DNA from: Eledone cirrhosa
Lineage: Eukaryota
Assembly (NCBI GenBank): GCA_964016885.1
Contig: OZ024766.1
Span: forward strand, 8,680,001-8,744,000
Direction: 5' to 3'
DNA: 64,000 nt
Part shown: positions 57,936-64,000 of the stretch, piece after piece
Numbering within the stretch: the first letter of the stretch is position 1
How the letters are laid out: the number at the start of each line of letters is the position of its first letter
Notes under the pieces: model-generated
Database searches by the model: none
Seen by the model: the letters and a program-made list of their open reading frames with translations, nothing else
What the model was told of the DNA's origin: nothing
Position numbers and translations under genes: made by a program

Positions 57936-58035
<100 letters not shown>

Positions 58036-58046
58036 TTATATATATT

Positions 58047-58095
<49 letters not shown>

Positions 58096-58125
58096 TTTAT
58101 TTATATATATATTTATATATTTATT

Positions 58126-58158
<33 letters not shown>

Positions 58159-58316
58159 ATATATACACATATATATATATATATATACACACATATATAT
58201 ATATATATATACATACATATCTTATATATACATTTATTTATATATATTTATATATATATATGTATATATATATATATGTATATACATACATATATATATA
58301 TATATATGTATGTATG

Positions 58317-58349
<33 letters not shown>

Positions 58350-58354
58350 GTATG

Positions 58355-58426
<72 letters not shown>

Positions 58427-58446
58427 AATATATATATATATACATA

Positions 58447-58591
<145 letters not shown>

Positions 58592-58708
58592 TATATATAT
58601 ATATACACACATACACACAAATACACGGTGTCTTGCATAATTTGACTTAGTCGTTTGAGATTTATAGGATTTAAACAAACACACACACACACACACACAT
58701 ACATATAC

Positions 58709-58773
<65 letters not shown>

Positions 58774-58868
58774 CACCGGTAAGCTCTTTCCTTCTTTGAA
58801 CCCTAACCACGACCATTTACCGATAACAATCCACTCCACCACCACCGTCTCCACCACAACACCAACTA

Positions 58869-58946
<78 letters not shown>

Positions 58947-58947
58947 A

Positions 58948-59000
<53 letters not shown>

Positions 59001-59077
59001 ATATATATATGTATATATATATATATATGTGTATATATATATGTATGTATGTATATATATATATATATGTATATAAG

Positions 59078-59108
<31 letters not shown>

Positions 59109-59117
59109 GTATATAAG

Positions 59118-59148
<31 letters not shown>

Positions 59149-59190
59149 GTATATTTATATATATATAAGTTTATATATATATATATAAGG

Positions 59191-59243
<53 letters not shown>

Positions 59244-59382
59244 GTATATATGTATATATATATGTATATATGTATACATATATATGTATATATGTATATA
59301 TATATATGTATATATGTATATATATATATGTATATATATATGTATATATATATATGTATATATATATATGTATGTATATATG

Positions 59383-59450
<68 letters not shown>

Positions 59451-59481
59451 TATATATATATACATATATACATATATATAT

Positions 59482-59512
<31 letters not shown>

Positions 59513-59523
59513 TACATATATAC

Positions 59524-59570
<47 letters not shown>

Positions 59571-59656
59571 CATATACATATATATATACATATATATATA
59601 TATGTATATATATATATGTATATATATATATGCATATATATATGTATATATATATA

Positions 59657-59706
<50 letters not shown>

Positions 59707-59709
59707 TAC

Positions 59710-59740
<31 letters not shown>

Positions 59741-59892
59741 CATATATACATATATACATATGATATATATACATATATACATATATATATATATACATAT
59801 ATATATATACATATACATATATATATACATATATATATACATATATATACATACATATATACATATATATATACATATATATATATATGTAT

Positions 59893-59942
<50 letters not shown>

Positions 59943-60075
59943 GTATATATGTATATATATATATATGTATATATGTATATATATATATGTATATATGTAT
60001 ATATATATATGTATATATATATATGTATATATGTATATATATATATATGTATATATATATGTATATATATATGTA

Positions 60076-60162
<87 letters not shown>

Positions 60163-60215
60163 GTATATATATATATGCATATATATATGTTATATGTATA
60201 TATTATATATAATGC

Positions 60216-60253
<38 letters not shown>

Positions 60254-60373
60254 ATGTATGTGTGTGTGTGTATGTGTAAATGAGGTAATTCCGTCGGAAA
60301 TGTCCAGGAAAAAAGAGTGCTCTATGTAGGTTACAGAGCTTTTAAAATCCACTGTCAAATACACCACCATTTT

Positions 60374-60434
60374 TTTCATTCTGATGACTGAAAGCAAATT
60401 TTGTTTGCTTTCAAGAAACCACTGGTAAATGAAA
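60374..60434 (+). ncRNA. Type I hammerhead ribozyme motif
   Basis: Stem I TTTCATT/AATGAAA (7 bp); CTGATGA; stem II TGAAAGCAAA/TTTGCTTTCA (10 bp); GAAA; quasi-palindromic ACCACTGGT; UH = TA. Confidence 0.82.
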
Positions 60435-60498
60435 TAATTATCTTATGTTGTTTATGACATAACTATATGTATATATACATATATACGTATATATATAT

Positions 60499-60559
<61 letters not shown>

Positions 60560-60563
<4 letters not shown>

Positions 60564-60943
60564 GATGAATATAAAATGAAAGTGCTTTTTTTAAAAAAGG
60601 AATTTATTAGGTATTGACATATGTTTCTGTAACAGACCGAATACTTATGTATCGCTGCTTGCGTAATCATATAATGTTAGCAAGTATTCGATAGCAAATG
60701 TATAATCAGTTGTCACTTCTTCAGAGATTTTGGATAAATTGGATAAAATCAGAAAAATTGAAGTATTTATATTAGTAAAAGAGGAAGAAACAGAGGGGAT
60801 AGTATATGACAGATGGTAAATTAATTTACTGCTAATTTACTTGTTTAGCAATACATATGTATTCGGTCTGTTACAGAAACATATGTCAATACCTAATAAA
60901 TTCCTTTTTTAAAAAAAGCACTTTCATTTTATATTCATCCTTT
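60560..60943. repeat. 85-bp inverted repeat (60560-60644 / 60859-60943)
   Basis: AAAGGATGAATATAAAATG...ACAGACCGAATAC and its reverse complement. Confidence 0.88.
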
Positions 60944-61158
60944 CTACATTTTCTCCGGAATATAATTTATACTCGTTGAGCAAACCTGCACGTACGCTGT
61001 TCATCTCTAACGTAACGATATATTATCACTACATTATTGATAACCTGAAATTTTATATATATATATATATATATATATTTTATATATATATATATACATA
61101 GATATATAAACATATATATATATATATACATATATATATACATAGATATATATATACA

Positions 61159-61244
<86 letters not shown>

Positions 61245-61529
61245 GTATATATATATATGTATATATATCTATGTATATATATACATATATGTATATATAT
61301 ATCTATGTATATATATATATGTATATATATATATATGTTTATATATCTCTATATATATACATAGATATATAAACATATATATATATATACATATATATAT
61401 ACATAGATATATATATACATATATGTATATATATACATAGATATATATACATATATATATATACATATATATATATACATATATATATATACATATATAT
61501 ATATATACATATATATATATACATATACA

Positions 61530-61570
<41 letters not shown>

Positions 61571-61623
61571 ATATATAGATATATATATGTATATATAGTA
61601 TATATATACATAGATATATATAC

Positions 61624-61656
<33 letters not shown>

Positions 61657-62275
61657 CATAATTATATATATACTACATGGATAAGGTACAAGGATTCACT
61701 GTTGCATCATAACATATTACATATGTTTCACTATCGATCAGCTCGAGGCAAGATCTATTATAGATCGAATTTCCATAATTTTGGAAACTCTGCTTCGAAG
61801 AATCGAGACGTATCTGAGGAACTTGCGATTTCAGAGTCAGGTTCGATCATTGCATCTGCGAATGACCAGCCGGCCCCTTAATTGTAGAGCTAACTCAGTT
61901 GAAAGGACTCGGCTGCTATTTCTAGTTGTCGATTATCCTATTCACGCCACTGGGATGAAGCTGGTACGATGTGTGTATTTAATAAAAATGCAACACGTGC
62001 TGCTGGTCATTCACAGATTTGAATTTGCTGTGTAAACACAGATAGTTAGATCTTCTGCCTTGTTGAAAATCCGGATTTTGGCTACTGTGGTTTACTGATC
62101 GATTGATGGTGAAATATATTTGTTTTAATGAAATATATACAAGGAGGATTAATCAATTTATAAGGTATCTATGTATCTATATTTAAAGTTCTAGTTAAAC
62201 TTTAATTAGTTACCTACCTGGCTGTGTGTGCTTACACACTTTTACAAATTATTACCTGTGATTGTTTCATATGTT

Positions 62276-62316
<41 letters not shown>

Positions 62317-62320
<4 letters not shown>

Positions 62321-62487
62321 AACAAGTAAGACCCCGACGGCTGAGCTCAAGCCGTTTCGACGGCTAATTCGAAACGGCTTGAGCTCAGCCGTCGAGGTCT
62401 TACTTGTTCCTATTACCCACTCTACTACCCTAAGTATTGAGTACTTTGGTACGGTCCACTTGGTTCCTTACCACATTTCCTTCGTTA
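62317..62487. mobile_element. Hairpin-ended non-autonomous element (internal deletion in the right arm)
   Basis: Same family as 30680 and 50951. Confidence 0.82.
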
Positions 62488-62672
62488 TATATATATATAT
62501 ATATATATATATTTGGATTTAATGCTCTGAAATAGCGATATATATGTGAAGACAAACATAGAATATTCGAAAATATTCTGTATGTTTATAATAAACATTT
62601 TGAAGACCCAATCGCTATAGAATGGAGTACGTCACGTATTACAATTTGAGATTCTCGATAAAAGCAAGGGAA

Positions 62673-62715
62673 GTAACCTACGCGTTTCATTCTTATTAGA
62701 AATCATCAGGATTAC
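62673..62715 (-). ncRNA. Minimal type I hammerhead motif (inverted copy)
   Basis: Reverse complement of 62926-62968. Confidence 0.78.
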
Positions 62716-62925
62716 ATATCCAATGCTTTTATCGAGAACGACACAGCTAGAGACTTATTCGAATATTCTATGTTTGTCTTCACATATATATCGCTATTTC
62801 AGAGCATTAAATCCAAATTCTAATTTCTGCCGGACCGGCTACCGCTCTTTCAAACCAGTTCCTGTACACAGCTAAGTATTCTATAAGTCTCTAGCTGTGT
62901 CGTTCTCGATAAAAGCATTGGATAT

Positions 62926-62968
62926 GTAATCCTGATGATTTCTAATAAGAATGAAACGCGTAGGTTAC
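62926..62968 (+). ncRNA. Minimal type I hammerhead ribozyme motif
   Basis: GTAATC-CTGATGA-T-TTCT-AATA-AGAA-T-GAAA-CGCG-TA-GGTTAC. Stem I is extended distally by TTCTCGATAAAAGCA/TGCTTTTATCGAGAA. Confidence 0.82.
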
Positions 62969-63090
62969 TTCCCTTGCTTTTATCGAGAATCTCAAATTGT
63001 AATACGTGACGTATTCTATTCTATAGCGATTGGGTCTTCAAAATGTTTATTATAAACATACAGAATATTTTCGAATATTCTATGTTTGTC

Positions 63091-63125
<35 letters not shown>

Positions 63126-63348
63126 TATATATATATATATATATACGACCTCTATTATACCATAAACGTGGTTTTGTCTTCGCGTGTAATTGTTTTTCAC
63201 CGCTCCTATTAATGACGTATTATATTCGTTTTTTTTCCCGTTCTTTGCCAGGGAACGTTTCCACGAACCAAAGTATCGTCTTCCTGTCTTCCTCCGGCTG
63301 CAACGTTTTTTGAAATATTCACTTCTGCGTTTACAGATTGTCTTTGTT

Positions 63349-63399
63349 AGTTTCAGAAGATCCCGTTAAGGGTGAAAGCAGCGATTCTTTGCTTAAACT
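63349..63399 (+). ncRNA. Hammerhead-like motif with variant CAGAAGA core
   Basis: Stem I AGTTT/AAACT; CAGAAGA; stem II CCC-GTTAA-GGG; GAAA; helix III AGCA/TGCT; UH = TT. Confidence 0.58.
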
Positions 63400-63494
63400 T
63401 TAATCTGTTATTTTAATAAATATATTATATATATATATATATATATGTCAATCAATTTCTAGTTGATATAAAAACATATATGTATGTGTTTATG

Positions 63495-63656
63495 TACGCC
63501 ATGCTTTGACGTCATAGAGTTACGGCCCTTTCCAATCTGAGTTCGAATCCCGACAAGCTTAACTTTGCCTTTCATCCTACGGGAGTCGATAAAAAAGTAA
63601 GGTACCAGTAATACACTGGTAACTTTTGGCTGGCCTTGTGCCAAAAGTAGAAACAA
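63495..63656 (+). mobile_element. tRNA-derived SINE copy (5' truncated)
   Basis: B-box GAGTTCGAATCCC and the central domain. Confidence 0.78.
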
Positions 63657-63683
63657 TTATGTATATATACACACATGTGTGTT

Positions 63684-63726
<43 letters not shown>

Positions 63727-63771
63727 ATAAAAAATTGAACAGGGACAGAACAGAGAGGCAGTACGACAAAT

Positions 63772-63806
<35 letters not shown>

Positions 63807-63809
<3 letters not shown>

Positions 63810-63951
63810 AAAAGTATGACCCCGACGGCAGAGCTCAAGCCGTTTCGACGGCTATTTCTGGAGTTTTTTTACTATTTCTCACTCTACTACCCTAAGTATT
63901 GAGTACTCTGGTGTGCTTGGTCCATCTGGTTCCTTACCACATTTCCTTCGT
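63807..63951. mobile_element. Hairpin-family element lacking the right arm of the stem
   Basis: Left arm GACCCCGACGGCAGAGCTCAAGCCGTTTCGACGG and unique arm ...CTTACCACATTTCCTTCGTA. Confidence 0.75.
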
Positions 63952-64000
63952 ATATATATATATATATATATAGTATATATATATAGAGAGAGAGAGAGAG

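Larger units (their letters stand above)
62512..63096. mobile_element. Nested inverted-repeat element carrying two opposed hammerheads (Penelope pseudo-LTR-like)
   Basis: 62546-62758 is the reverse complement of 62883-63094, and 62512-62571 is the reverse complement of 62758-62817. Confidence 0.82.

Noticed and set aside
61781-62035. 84-aa ORF in unique-looking sequence
   Set aside because: No recognisable motif. It includes GGCTGCTATTTCTA, a dispersed repeat fragment also seen at 4080, 32879, 32962.

Overview
Repeat-saturated animal genomic DNA, most likely from an octopod cephalopod (inferred from very long (TA)n/(CA)n tracts and the SINE/RTE repertoire). Nearly all ORFs in the supplied track are microsatellite or minisatellite artefacts. 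One host gene is firmly supported: a complete six-exon centrin-3 (CETN3) on the + strand (11968-25017, 504 nt CDS, 167 aa, all GT-AG introns with compatible phases). Two weaker minus-strand spliced models are noted. The rest is transposon debris: RTE, CR1, CRE, Dong/R4 and Tx1-like LINE fragments, tRNA-derived SINEs and MITE-like elements. Many of these contain tandem arrays expanded from their own sequence. There is also a 200-N gap. The most notable hidden signal is about 20 intact or decayed type I hammerhead-ribozyme motifs (CUGANGA...GAAA...UH), falling into at least 7 sequence families. They sit in short non-coding elements embedded in (TA)n and are often duplicated as fold-back palindromes, so that both strands carry a ribozyme. 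This resembles non-autonomous Penelope-like or retrozyme-like elements. A second oddity is an RTE derivative whose inversion junction is identical in two copies. All structures were paired by eye; no folding, alignment or database search was run.
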